Below, piece after piece: positions 1-9,214 of a DNA stretch of 64,000 nt. How positions within the stretch are numbered: the first letter of the stretch is position 1; the number at the start of each line of letters is the position of its first letter. Source of the stretch: an uncultured virus (IMG/VR IMGVR_UViG_3300009500_000013) (Duplodnaviria > Heunggongvirae > Uroviricota > Caudoviricetes); the IMG/VR virus record IMGVR_UViG_3300009500_000013. The stretch is one strand, 5' to 3'. The notes under the pieces were generated by a model. The model did not search any database. It worked only from the letters and a program-made list of their open reading frames with translations, and had not been told where the DNA came from. Position numbers and translations under genes: made by a program.

Positions 1-399
1 GATATAAAACGTGGATATTACTACCAAACTTTTCTATCAGAATCAGATATAAATTATTTAAAATTATCTTTTCCTGAAACTTTAATAGTTCATGAAGGAG
101 GGAAATATGATTACTTAAATTTTTCTAATACTAAAATAACTTATATTCCTAAAAATATAGAAGTTGATAATTTGTCTATTAGACATACGAACATACATTA
201 TATTCATTCTTCTATTAAATATAAACACTTATTATTTATTTCTATTTATCAATTATATCATATTCCTAAATATGAATTTATGTCAAGTAAGAATATTAAA
301 AATTACAAACAAGAAAGAGAAAAACTTGACACAATAGGTGAAGAGGCATATTATAAAGAAATAGATGAGATATGTGATAGACTGTACTATGCAAAATGA
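1..399 (+). CDS. 5'-partial member of the DxNY(F/L)xL paralog superfamily with short LRR-like repeats
   Basis: Frame 1 is open from base 1 (DIKRGYYYQTFLSESDINYLKLSFPE...LNFSNTKITYIPKNIEV); near-duplicate of 5192-5709. Confidence 0.8.
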   Translation, partial: DIKRGYYYQTFLSESDINYLKLSFPETLIVHEGGKYDYLNFSNTKITYIPKNIEVDNLSIRHTNIHYIHSSIKYKHLLFISIYQLYHIPKYEFMSSKNIKNYKQEREKLDTIGEEAYYKEIDEICDRLYYAK

Positions 400-673
400 T
401 AAAGAATTTTTCTATAAAGCAGCTTTACAGATGGCTTTTGAGGCTGGAAAATGGGCAGGACAAGTGGAACTAGAAGAACATTATGATAATGAGCAATATT
501 CAAAAGTTGCATTAGAATCAATTTATTCTAAAAAAACTGCTATGCCATTAGACAAAGCATCCCATGAAAAACAAGTAACAATTAAATTGCGTTCAGATGA
601 ATGGCGTAATGGAGTTAAGAAATCTTCTCAAGAATATTTAGAAAAAGCATTACAAACTTTATTAAATTTATGA
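389..673 (+). CDS. hypothetical protein
   Basis: ORF; likely ATG at 389 (MQNDKEFF) overlapping the upstream stop. Confidence 0.7.
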   Translation: MQNDKEFFYKAALQMAFEAGKWAGQVELEEHYDNEQYSKVALESIYSKKTAMPLDKASHEKQVTIKLRSDEWRNGVKKSSQEYLEKALQTLLNL

Positions 674-834
674 TAACATTAAATAATTATCCAATCATTA
701 GATTAGCAGTTGAACCAATAACTGCTACTCAAATAGCAAAAAATTTAATTATTGAGAAACCTAACAGAAACAAAACCATTATTTTAGAAAAAGATGGTAA
801 AATTTTAGGAACAATTATTGACATAGTTGTCTAA
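670..834 (+). CDS. small hypothetical protein (54 aa), not in ORF track
   Basis: ATGA overlap with the previous stop; MITLNNYPIIRLAVEP...GTIIDIVV. Confidence 0.55.
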   Translation: MITLNNYPIIRLAVEPITATQIAKNLIIEKPNRNKTIILEKDGKILGTIIDIVV

Positions 835-847
835 AAAGTTATATAAT
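818..847 (+). promoter_or_regulatory. sigma70-type promoter
   Basis: TTGACA-18nt-TATAAT upstream of an AAGGA RBS and the kinase gene. Confidence 0.6.
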
Positions 848-875
848 AAATTTATAACTTTTTAAGGATTTATTA

Positions 876-1436
876 ATGACAAAAAAGATTATTCTATTTA
901 ATGGTCCACCACGATGTGGAAAAGATACAGCAGCTAATACGGTTTTAAAATACCGTTTCAATGAAACTTTTCAGTATAAGATGGCATACCCACTTAAGCA
1001 AGCATGTCATACCTTATTAGGATTACAAGGTTCTTTAGAAGATTTAGAATATCTCAAAGAACTTCCTTTAAAGTTTGAAAATCCAGATGATTTAACTTTA
1101 AGGCAATTTTATATTCATATTAGCGAAAATGTCTCAAAGCCTTTATTTGGTAATGATATTTTTGGAAGGCTTGCCATAGAATACTTAACCCAAACTGATA
1201 AAAAAATTATTACTATTAGTGATTGTGGGTTTGCAGATGAAATAGAACCTATCATGAATCATTTTAACCACGATGATATTGTTTTGGTCAAAATTACTAG
1301 ACCAACTACTAGCTTTGCTGGCGATAGTAGATCTCATATTTCCTTACCCCTACAAACTATAGATTTAGTTAATGATGATTCTATAGAGGCATTTGAAGGA
1401 AAAATTTTAACGATATTAGAAAAATTAGGAGTTTAA
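876..1436 (+). CDS. deoxynucleoside monophosphate kinase
   Basis: N-terminal P-loop GPPRCGKDT, A-x-PLK, R..YI..SE and ISDCGF..E motifs of phage dNMP kinases. Confidence 0.8.
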   Translation: MTKKIILFNGPPRCGKDTAANTVLKYRFNETFQYKMAYPLKQACHTLLGLQGSLEDLEYLKELPLKFENPDDLTLRQFYIHISENVSKPLFGNDIFGRLAIEYLTQTDKKIITISDCGFADEIEPIMNHFNHDDIVLVKITRPTTSFAGDSRSHISLPLQTIDLVNDDSIEAFEGKILTILEKLGV

Positions 1437-1437
1437 C

Positions 1438-1995
1438 ATGGATTCAAAAACATATCAACAAGAAGTGCAACGAACCGTTTCAAATAATTATTATGGAGAA
1501 AATGTAGATAATAATCTTTTACATGCTGCTATAGGTTTGGTAACAGAATCTGGTGAAATGATTGATGCAATCAAAAAAAGTTTATTTTATGGAAAACCTT
1601 TAGATATTGTTAATGTAAAAGAAGAACTAGGGGACATTGCTTGGTATTTAGCTTTAGCATGTGAAAGTTTAGGAACTGATCTCCCTACGGTGTTTCAAAA
1701 AAATATTGATAAACTAAAAGCTAGATATCCTAATAAGTTTTCACTAGAAGCAGCAGAAAATAGAGATTTAATTAAAGAACGTGAAATACTTGAAAGAGAA
1801 GATGTTCTATCTCAATTAGTTGCTGAAGCTCAAGAAAAAAATATGGGATATGATCTGTCAACACCTGAAGTTGCTGATATTGACTTTGAACCACATAAGT
1901 TTGGTAAATGTGGTAAATGTACAGAATGTAAATGCAAAATTAAAAAATTTTTAGAAAAACATAAAGAAACTTTGGATGATTTAGCTGAGCGATGA
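1438..1995 (+). CDS. MazG-like nucleotide pyrophosphohydrolase
   Basis: GLVTESGEMID..KK, EELGDIAWY and NIDKLKARYP motifs. Confidence 0.85.
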   Translation: MDSKTYQQEVQRTVSNNYYGENVDNNLLHAAIGLVTESGEMIDAIKKSLFYGKPLDIVNVKEELGDIAWYLALACESLGTDLPTVFQKNIDKLKARYPNKFSLEAAENRDLIKEREILEREDVLSQLVAEAQEKNMGYDLSTPEVADIDFEPHKFGKCGKCTECKCKIKKFLEKHKETLDDLAER

Positions 1996-2074
1996 TAAAT
2001 TTTGCTTGCATTTATTTACATTTGCTATATAATCAAATATGTAAGTTTTTCAAGCAATAATAAAAGGTAATTTT

Positions 2075-2233
2075 ATGTCAATGACTTTAGAGCAATATGT
2101 TTCTTTTATGGAAAGAAAGATAGCTGAATTTCAAATTAATTGGCTAGAAAATCATAAAGATGATCCTGAAGGTTATCCAAATGAATTCGACGATGTTTCT
2201 GATTGGGAAGAACAATTTGATATGTTTGATTAA
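2075..2233 (+). CDS. small acidic hypothetical protein (52 aa), not in ORF track
   Basis: AAGG RBS; MSMTLEQYV...YPNEFDDVSDWEEQFDMFD. Confidence 0.65.
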   Translation: MSMTLEQYVSFMERKIAEFQINWLENHKDDPEGYPNEFDDVSDWEEQFDMFD

Positions 2234-2786
2234 AATTATCGCTACTGAGAACATTATGTCAGAAGCACAATATGAACCATCACATATAGCAAATTATCTG
2301 CTATGGAGAGCCAATAAGGAAGGGATAAAGGATATGTCCCCTCTTAAACTTATTAAGTTAATATATTTCTGTTATGCCTGGTTTTTAGTTACCTATGACA
2401 AGCCATTATTTGAGGAGAAAATAGTCGCCTGGAAACATGGTCCTGTTATTCCTTCCATTTATCATGAGTTTAAACGATTTGGTAGCAACCCAATCACCAG
2501 CTATTCAACATGCCTTGAAATTGACGATCGGAATGCCAAAACTTCCTATCCAGTGGTGGATCCAAAGGATAATGATACTTTTTTAGTTCTGGATGCTGTA
2601 TGGGACAACTATAAAAACAGGACAGGATGGGAATTAAGAAATATAACCCACGAAAAGGACAGTGCTTGGAAATCTGCCTATCAGGGAAATAATGAACCGC
2701 TTGATGATGAGGAAATCAAAAAGCGGGCATCTAAAGCTATGGATGCTTATATAGCCAAATTACGCAGTGTAAAAATAGTTTGATTA
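2224..2786. repeat. 9-bp direct repeat GTTTGATTA flanking the Panacea gene
   Basis: Copies at 2224-2232 and 2778-2786. Confidence 0.6.
2256..2783 (+). CDS. Panacea/SocA (DUF4065, GepA-like) antitoxin-domain protein
   Basis: IANY, SPLKLIKLIYF, LFEEKIVAWKHGPV, L..ITH...W motifs; start placed at ATG 2256. Confidence 0.85.
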   Translation: MSEAQYEPSHIANYLLWRANKEGIKDMSPLKLIKLIYFCYAWFLVTYDKPLFEEKIVAWKHGPVIPSIYHEFKRFGSNPITSYSTCLEIDDRNAKTSYPVVDPKDNDTFLVLDAVWDNYKNRTGWELRNITHEKDSAWKSAYQGNNEPLDDEEIKKRASKAMDAYIAKLRSVKIV

Positions 2787-3097
2787 TGAAAACAATTATT
2801 GATTTTTATCATTTAAGAACTGATATTACAGAAGTTTCTAAAAATACGGCTTTGGCTTTAATTGATTTATTGCCTCAAGGAATTAAACAAACAGAGATTG
2901 TTCCAACCCCAAGAGGTGGATTTAGTTTTGATTGGACAGAAGCAGATAAGATTCTTTCGATTGATGTTGAAAATGCAGAAGTCTCTTGGTCATTTATCAT
3001 TTGGGAAACCAATCACAAACAAAATGGGTTTTACATTTTTGATGGCACTTTAGATTCAGAATTAGAAAAAGTGTTAATTTCTGAATTTAGAGGTTGA
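2786..3097 (+). CDS. hypothetical protein
   Basis: ORF from ATG 2786 (MKTIIDFY...PTPRGGFSFDW). Confidence 0.65.
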   Translation: MKTIIDFYHLRTDITEVSKNTALALIDLLPQGIKQTEIVPTPRGGFSFDWTEADKILSIDVENAEVSWSFIIWETNHKQNGFYIFDGTLDSELEKVLISEFRG

Positions 3098-3189
3098 CTT
3101 TTTATTTATCTATGATATATTAAGGTTATCAAAACAAGAAAACTCTTCTATGTAAATTTAATTTTTCTTGTTAAAAAAGGAATAATTTT

Positions 3190-3562
3190 ATGAAATTATA
3201 TATGCTTAGAGAAGTTAAAAAAAGTTATTTGTTTAAAATTATTGCACAAACATTTTAGTGAAAATGGTGCTGTGGTAAATTATCCAGAAAATTATATAGC
3301 TATTAGTTGTTACAAAACATTTCAAGAAGCTCAAACTGCTTTTAAAAATTTGAATAAATATTGTGAACAGATTGGTCTTAAATCAGATGATGGAGAACTA
3401 TCAAAAGAAAAAAAGAAAATAATGAGAAATTTTTACAACCCTAAAGAAACTGAACTTTTGTTTAGAAATTTCTTATGTTCACGAGCTGACTTGCCAGAAT
3501 TACCAGCTCATGACTTTAATGGTGGTATAAACGATTTTATTTTGGCAACTAAAATCATGTAA
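3190..3562 (+). pseudogene. hypothetical protein interrupted by a +1 insertion (possible read error)
   Basis: Promoter TTGACT at 3094, AAGGA RBS and ATG 3190 (MKLYMLREV) join the 3242-3562 ORF if one base is removed. Confidence 0.55.
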
Positions 3563-3580
3563 CATATTTTTAAAATCAAT

Positions 3581-3612
3581 AAAAAGGTGTTGAATTATTT
3601 CAACACCTTTTT
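3581..3612. terminator. bidirectional-type intrinsic terminator
   Basis: AAAAAGGTGTTGAA-TTAT-TTCAACACCTTTTT perfect hairpin. Confidence 0.8.
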
Positions 3613-3901
3613 ACAATATAAATTACCAACCACCAATCCATAAAAAGTAATCCTCATAAGAATATAGGATTTATATGAAATTATAAAAAAAATAATACCA
3701 ATTTTTAATAAACTCAAATGGTTATAGATAGTATGAGGTATTAAATAATTTTTGACATGTTATGCAAAATACGTTATGGTTAACTTGTGAGCTAACCATA
3801 TAATGTTTTATTACCATGTTGTTGCATTGAATTAATAGTTTTATTGTGGTAACAGTTGATACTAACTAAAAGATGATTCACTAGAAAGGAAATGTTAGGC
3901 A

Positions 3902-4174
3902 ATGAATGATAAAAAACCTAAAAAATTAAAAGTAATCGAATTATCTCTTACTTGTGATGCTTGTCCTACTCAATGGGAAGGCAAAACAGATGATGGAGAA
4001 TTTCTTTATATTAGATATAGATTTGGTAATTTAACAGTTGGTTTAGGTAAAACTATAGATGAAGCAGTTATGAATAAAATATTTGAAGTTCCATATGGAG
4101 AATCTTTAGATGGTTTACTTACTGCAACTAAAATGAAAAAATTAACAAAATCAATTATGGATTTTTATGTCTAA
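3902..4174 (+). CDS. conserved phage hypothetical protein
   Basis: AAGGA RBS; TCDACPTQWEG..DDG..LYIRYRFG motif. Confidence 0.7.
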   Translation: MNDKKPKKLKVIELSLTCDACPTQWEGKTDDGEFLYIRYRFGNLTVGLGKTIDEAVMNKIFEVPYGESLDGLLTATKMKKLTKSIMDFYV

Positions 4175-5123
4175 TGATAAAAAAAATATGGATGATGTAG
4201 CGATAGAGATTCGTAATAAATCATGGGGGGGAAGTAGCTATATTCCTTCATGGGTTAAGGTGGAAAATGTAGGACTTGACCAATTTTTTACAAGACCTTC
4301 CGTTGCGAAGGCATGTTGGGAATCTTTCTGTAAGCATTTAAAAGAAGCTGGTGTAGACATTTTACATTATAATTTTATAGAGCCTTCTGCGGGCTTAGGA
4401 GCATTTTACGACCTTTTACCAGATAATAGACGTATAGGAGTTGACGTAGCTAATTTTCGTCCTGAATATATACAAAATGATTTTTTGTCATGGACACCAA
4501 AAAAGAATGGTTATCGCTATGCCTGCATAGGAAATCCGCCGTTTGGTCATAGAGCGTGGCTTGCATTGGCTTTTATGAACCATGCGTCTAAGTTTTCTGA
4601 TTATGTTGGTTTTATTGTACCTATGGCGTTTCAAAGCAGAGGTAAAAGCAATGTACAAGATAGAGTAATTGGACTACAGCTTATCCATTCCTCTCTACTA
4701 CCTCAGGATAGTTTTATTGATGCTAATGGCAATAGCTTGAAAGTAAATGCTTTGTGGCAAATATGGGGACCAATATCCGATACTAAAAAAACTATTCTTA
4801 AAAATTGTGATAATTATATTGATCTTTTTACTGTAGAAATGCATAAGGCAAGAATTTGTGGACAAAAACGCTTACATGAAGCAGATTTCTTTTTGCAACG
4901 TACTTTTTATAAAGAACCTCCATCGCTTGTTACCAGTTTTGAACAAGTAAAGTATGCATGTGGTTATGGAATAGTGATTAAAAAGGAAAAGCAAAAAGTT
5001 TTAGACATACTTAATAGTGCAGATTGGAAACATTACAGCAATCTTGCAAGTCATAATTGCAGACATATTAGTATGGGACATATCCGTGCAGTTTTAATAG
5101 ATGCAGGACTTATAGATGTCTGA
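4167..5123 (+). CDS. amino (N6-adenine-type) DNA methyltransferase
   Basis: LDQFFT, IEPSAGLGAF (motif I), IGNPPFG (motif IV); visibly higher GC than its neighbours. Confidence 0.85.
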   Translation: MSNDKKNMDDVAIEIRNKSWGGSSYIPSWVKVENVGLDQFFTRPSVAKACWESFCKHLKEAGVDILHYNFIEPSAGLGAFYDLLPDNRRIGVDVANFRPEYIQNDFLSWTPKKNGYRYACIGNPPFGHRAWLALAFMNHASKFSDYVGFIVPMAFQSRGKSNVQDRVIGLQLIHSSLLPQDSFIDANGNSLKVNALWQIWGPISDTKKTILKNCDNYIDLFTVEMHKARICGQKRLHEADFFLQRTFYKEPPSLVTSFEQVKYACGYGIVIKKEKQKVLDILNSADWKHYSNLASHNCRHISMGHIRAVLIDAGLIDV

Positions 5124-5199
5124 CCCTTTAAAGCTATTCGCCAATGTTTTAGAGGAATTTGATAACCAATCAAAATGGAATGTTTTTCTTTATGTCTAA
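5116..5199 (+). pseudogene. 27-codon stub of the gene that followed the MTase in its donor (possibly the cognate endonuclease)
   Basis: ATG overlapping the MTase 3' end: MSDPLKLFANVLEEFDNQSKW, ending at the right-hand direct repeat. Confidence 0.4.
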
Positions 5200-5709
5200 T
5201 GATTTGAAATTATGTTATTTTTATAAAAAAGACTATAAATTATTACGTTCTTTATTTCCTGATTTAGCTGTTCAATATATAAATATAACAGATGAATATT
5301 ACTACCAAACTTTTCTATCAGAACCAGATATTAATTATTTAAAATTATCTTTTCCTGAAATTGAGCTAGTTCATGAAGGAGGGAAATATGATATTACTTA
5401 GAATTTAATTATACTAATATAAAAGTTCTTCCTAAAAATATAGAAATTGATGATTTGTTGATTAGCAATACAGGTATTCATTATATTCATTCTTCTATAA
5501 AATTTAATAATCTTTATATTGATGATAATTGCTTATATCATATTCCTAAATGCGTAATTTATAACAGCTTTTCTAGTTATGGTATTAAAAATTACAAACA
5601 AGAAAGAGAAAAACTTGACACAATAGGTGAAGAGGCATATTATAAAGAAATTGATGAGATATGTGAGAAAATGTACGAAGAAAGTTATAACAAAATCTTC
5701 TCATTATAA
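5192..5709 (+). pseudogene. paralog of 1-399 split by a 2-nt insertion
   Basis: GATATTAC here versus GATTAC in the 1-399 copy; removing AT fuses ORFs 5159-5401 and 5455-5709. Confidence 0.75.
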
Positions 5710-5720
5710 AAATCAATTTT

Positions 5721-6995
5721 TTATTTTTTGCTAATAGTAAAAACTCCTGTGTTGATATTAGTTCCGCTTTCACGGAAAGAACCAATTGGTAAATCTTTCC
5801 AATTACCTCTAGGAAATTCCGCATCAAGCAAACCGTGATCATATTTAGCGGTGCAAGGAAGTATACTAACCAAAGTTCCACCACTTTTTAAAAATTTAAA
5901 AGCATGATTAATATGTTTCATGTATCCTTTTCCAGTAAATGGTGGATTCATAATGACATAATCGTAATCTGGGGTGGCAGGAACTTCTAAAAAGTTTCTT
6001 TTTAACACTTCATGTCCTTTGCTTTTAGCTATCTCTGCTCGTGTCTCATCGACTTCAAACCCAATTACGTTAGCTCCTTTTTTAACTATCTCATCAAGAA
6101 ACCTTCCACATCCACAAGAAGGTTCAATCACCTTATCTCCTGGCTTTAGGTAGATTTGAGAAAGCACCCTTTCCACAACTTCTTTTGGTGTAGGGTAATA
6201 CTGTAAATCCTTTGCTATAGCTGTTCCTGCACGTTTTTGAATAGGTTCATCTTCATCTACACAATCCGCCAGCACATTTCCATAATATTCAGTCAATGCT
6301 GAATTAATGTCATGTAAAGCGTCTGGCTCAAAATACAGATGAGCATTACCATTTTTGTAGCGTTTTAATGATATGCCACGGCTTTTTATGCAAGAAAAAC
6401 TATTGTCAAAAAGGTTATTTATTTCTATATGATCAGGTCTAGGTTTATTTTGATAAACTGCCAAACAGTCTATAATTGCTTTTAGCTGATTGTATCCATG
6501 CCCATAAATACCATTTATATTATTGATAATAACCCGCTTAGGCAGTCCTTTAACGCCAATTCGTATTTTATCATGGGACTTGTAATAGGGATCGAGATCA
6601 CAAAACACCTCTGCTAGGCTTCGCAAAATATTAGCACGAGGGTTTTCAACATAATCCCCAAAAGTTGCTCGTATTGTGTCAAGAGTAAATTCAGGTAATT
6701 CCCGAAGAGAACGCTCCCATTTTGCTTTGTCTTTTGGACTAAAAAGCAGGTCAAGACGCAAACCATTATATACATGAAGCCAAGCTGATGTAAGTAAGTT
6801 TATTTCCATATCATGGATATGCATTCCACCAGTTTTTAAGTCTTCTTTTCCATAAGTTCCACTTATAGTGCAAGCGGTCATGAGGTTAATGCCAGCTTGT
6901 TGAAATTTGGCAAGTTCTTCTGGCAATGCTGCTTTTTTCTGTTCATACTCTGAAACTATTGCTTTTAAGTTTTGACGTAATGAAATTTCATTCAT
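5721..6995 (-). CDS. DUF4942-type class I SAM-dependent DNA methyltransferase
   Basis: DLQYYPTP, IEPSCGCG, MNPPF, F.ESGT motifs; YKNGNAHL in the N-terminal domain. Confidence 0.8.
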   Translation of the reverse strand: MNEISLRQNLKAIVSEYEQKKAALPEELAKFQQAGINLMTACTISGTYGKEDLKTGGMHIHDMEINLLTSAWLHVYNGLRLDLLFSPKDKAKWERSLRELPEFTLDTIRATFGDYVENPRANILRSLAEVFCDLDPYYKSHDKIRIGVKGLPKRVIINNINGIYGHGYNQLKAIIDCLAVYQNKPRPDHIEINNLFDNSFSCIKSRGISLKRYKNGNAHLYFEPDALHDINSALTEYYGNVLADCVDEDEPIQKRAGTAIAKDLQYYPTPKEVVERVLSQIYLKPGDKVIEPSCGCGRFLDEIVKKGANVIGFEVDETRAEIAKSKGHEVLKRNFLEVPATPDYDYVIMNPPFTGKGYMKHINHAFKFLKSGGTLVSILPCTAKYDHGLLDAEFPRGNWKDLPIGSFRESGTNINTGVFTISKK

Positions 6996-7144
6996 AGCTT
7001 TATTTCCTATTTCGTTTTCGTAAAATCGTTGTATATTTTCTCATACAAGCGAAGAATTGATAGGGTTATCAAAATCAAGAAAGATCTCTAAAAACCAATT
7101 AAAAGAGGAATTTAGAGATCTATACTTTTACTTAAAACTTAATC

Positions 7145-7414
7145 TTATTTAGAGGTGTACATTTCAATTATATGTTTAATTTCAGTACCTAAATGATCAG
7201 AATGGCAAGTTCTTACAGAGTCTTGAATCATTTTTACAATCTCATCAACTGAATATTCAGAAGGTTTTTTAAGAAAAATCAAACATGATTCATTTGTTCC
7301 TTTTTTTATTTTGCTTTCATCAATGTTGTATAACGTACCTTCAGATCGTATAACTTTTTTAGGTGTTATATCTAATTCTTTTATAGGTGATTTTGTAGGC
7401 ATATTAAACTCCAT
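7145..7414 (-). CDS. hypothetical protein
   Basis: ORF only. Confidence 0.55.
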   Translation of the reverse strand: MEFNMPTKSPIKELDITPKKVIRSEGTLYNIDESKIKKGTNESCLIFLKKPSEYSVDEIVKMIQDSVRTCHSDHLGTEIKHIIEMYTSK

Positions 7415-7661
7415 TAAATTATGTATTTTTAATAGTCAACTCAGAAAATATTTCTAAGTCAATAAGAACAGCTTACTCTAAATTTTTGTAAGTGTCAAAT
7501 ACTTTTTTTCTAATTAAGCAAAAATATTTTTTTATTCTTTGATAGTTGTTCACTTACTTTTGAACATATAACAATAGATATTCTATCAAATTCATTCTTG
7601 AAACCTTTACCTTACTTAGGTACGTCATCTTCTATCATGCCAGCAATTAATTGTTGATTAC

Positions 7662-8372
7662 TCACTGATGGACAGGATTGGCTAAAACTTCTTGCACATC
7701 AAGCCCCCAAACATCCCATTTATCAGGCTTATTACGGGCAAAAAGCTCTATTTTTTCCTGTAATGGAAACATTCTTTCACTAGCTTCCCTAACGTCATTG
7801 GGCTTGGCACTATGTTCTTTTCTGGGAGAGCGTACCAACTGCTTTTCATTTCTAGTTCCTCTAGGGTTGGGAATTTTTCTACGTTTAAACACAAGGCAAA
7901 GCTCACAGTAAGACATGGTATATTTACCTGGATTGTGAACCATCTTAACCCAAATAAAAGCAACTGTTTTGTAAGTGAAGCCCCAAGCCTGCCCAAGTTC
8001 TATACCCTGTGCCAAATGTGGATTAGTTACCCACATAAATAACAAACAATCTTCTTTTGCTATTTCTAATAAAGTAATTTTCTTTAGTTCGCTTGATTTT
8101 AGTGTGGGATATTTGAAATTTGCAGAGCTAATGAAAATATTTCTTTTCCAGTCCATATCTTTGGCTTTTTTACTTGATTTATCAAACTGCATCTTTCCGC
8201 CATAATCCCAAGGGGGATCTGCGTAAATGATGTCATATTTCTTTGTTGGAAGATCAGGATACAAATCTGGAAGATCGCTTCGTTTAATTCTACGCTTCTG
8301 TTCGGCATCATATATCCTATACCCAGTGATTCTTTGATTTTCCTCTAATTCTATTATTTTATTTAATACCAA
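7662..8372 (-). CDS. MT-A70 family adenine methyltransferase
   Basis: YDIIYADPPW, LFMW, WGF.YKT..F.W.K, EHSAKP, IELFAR motifs; start uncertain. Confidence 0.9.
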   Translation of the reverse strand: MVLNKIIELEENQRITGYRIYDAEQKRRIKRSDLPDLYPDLPTKKYDIIYADPPWDYGGKMQFDKSSKKAKDMDWKRNIFISSANFKYPTLKSSELKKITLLEIAKEDCLLFMWVTNPHLAQGIELGQAWGFTYKTVAFIWVKMVHNPGKYTMSYCELCLVFKRRKIPNPRGTRNEKQLVRSPRKEHSAKPNDVREASERMFPLQEKIELFARNKPDKWDVWGLDVQEVLANPVHQ

Positions 8373-9136
8373 TATTGTGGCGGAAGGAAAAGTAACCCGT
8401 TGCGTCTACATGTCTTGAGTTTATAATTAAAACTCTCATCAAGTTTATTCCCACGACTGTCAACCCAACTACAACCTTCGTAGCAGTATGCTTCTCCATT
8501 ATCATAAGATTGATCACCCTCTATAGGTTCCAGTACTTCAGTATTAATTACATAAAATTTTTCTTCAGCTAAAACTGGACTATTCTTAAAATTATCTTTA
8601 ATAAAATTTAAAAGTTCATTATAGCTTGGTAAAATACCATCAAAATCTTTTTTTAAGGAAAATTGCAATCCAAATTTCCTATAGTTGGATAATGTTTCAC
8701 AATAATCTGTTAAGGAAAATTGCAAACTATGATTCTTAGCCATGTATAAGGCTCCAGGTAGATCGTAGTATTTGCGTTTATTTTTATTAAGTTTAGGTGC
8801 ATTCAAGTTGAAACCTCTGCCAACAAAAAGGATTCCACCAACACTATCAAGTGCAGGAAGGGTAGTATCACTTCTAACATTAATTTTTCCACTTACACTA
8901 ACAAGATTATCTGCTTCTAAAATGGAAGCATCCCCAATATCAAGAAACCCACCTATTGTAGTAAGCGAATTTGCATTTAGGTTGGAACCAACTCCAAGGT
9001 GAACATCTCCACTCACTTTAATAAGATTAGGCAAACTTATCTTTTCATAAATTATAAGATCGCCTGTAATTTCAGTAATTTTACTATAATCAGGTTTGTC
9101 ATTTTTTTCTATTTCTAAATTGCCTTTGTGTATCAT
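8363..9136 (-). CDS. protein with N-terminal L-domain/LRR-like repeats
   Basis: Repeats of L.x.V.G.l.I (LPNLIKVSGDVHL, LTTIGGFLDI, LVSVSGKINV, LDSVGGILFV). Confidence 0.6.
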   Translation of the reverse strand: MIHKGNLEIEKNDKPDYSKITEITGDLIIYEKISLPNLIKVSGDVHLGVGSNLNANSLTTIGGFLDIGDASILEADNLVSVSGKINVRSDTTLPALDSVGGILFVGRGFNLNAPKLNKNKRKYYDLPGALYMAKNHSLQFSLTDYCETLSNYRKFGLQFSLKKDFDGILPSYNELLNFIKDNFKNSPVLAEEKFYVINTEVLEPIEGDQSYDNGEAYCYEGCSWVDSRGNKLDESFNYKLKTCRRNGLLFLPPQYWY

Positions 9137-9169
9137 AAACTTTCTCTTATTTAATTAGCTAATATAATT

Positions 9170-9198
9170 ATATTATCACAAACAAATCTATAAGTCAA
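9170..9198 (-). promoter_or_regulatory. sigma70-type promoter
   Basis: TTGACT-17nt-TAATAT. Confidence 0.55.
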
Positions 9199-9214
9199 TA
9201 GTAAAATGGAATTA

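Larger units (their letters stand above)
4164..5203. repeat. 15-bp direct repeat TTTATGTCTAATGAT flanking the MTase segment
   Basis: Copies at 4164-4178 and 5189-5203. Confidence 0.8.

Noticed and set aside
2160..2255. N-terminal extension of the Panacea ORF in the track
   Set aside because: Overlaps a better small gene at 2075-2233 and crosses the insertion border; the domain begins at ATG 2256
15..5666. Diversity-generating retroelement template/variable repeat pair
   Set aside because: Differences are not restricted to adenines (for example TCA/CCA, ACT/ATT) and no reverse transcriptase is in the window
7082..7121. Inverted repeat AGATCTCTAAA...TTTAGAGATCT as a terminator or mobile-element end
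   Set aside because: 18-nt loop, no clear U-tract and no partner copy seen; function unsupported
7678..8311. Several short overlapping ORFs on both strands within the MT-A70 gene
   Set aside because: No recognisable motifs; expected shadow ORFs in GC-richer DNA
5700..8400. Target-site duplications around the DUF4942 and MT-A70 genes
   Set aside because: Only 6-8 bp AT-rich matches were found, which is chance level
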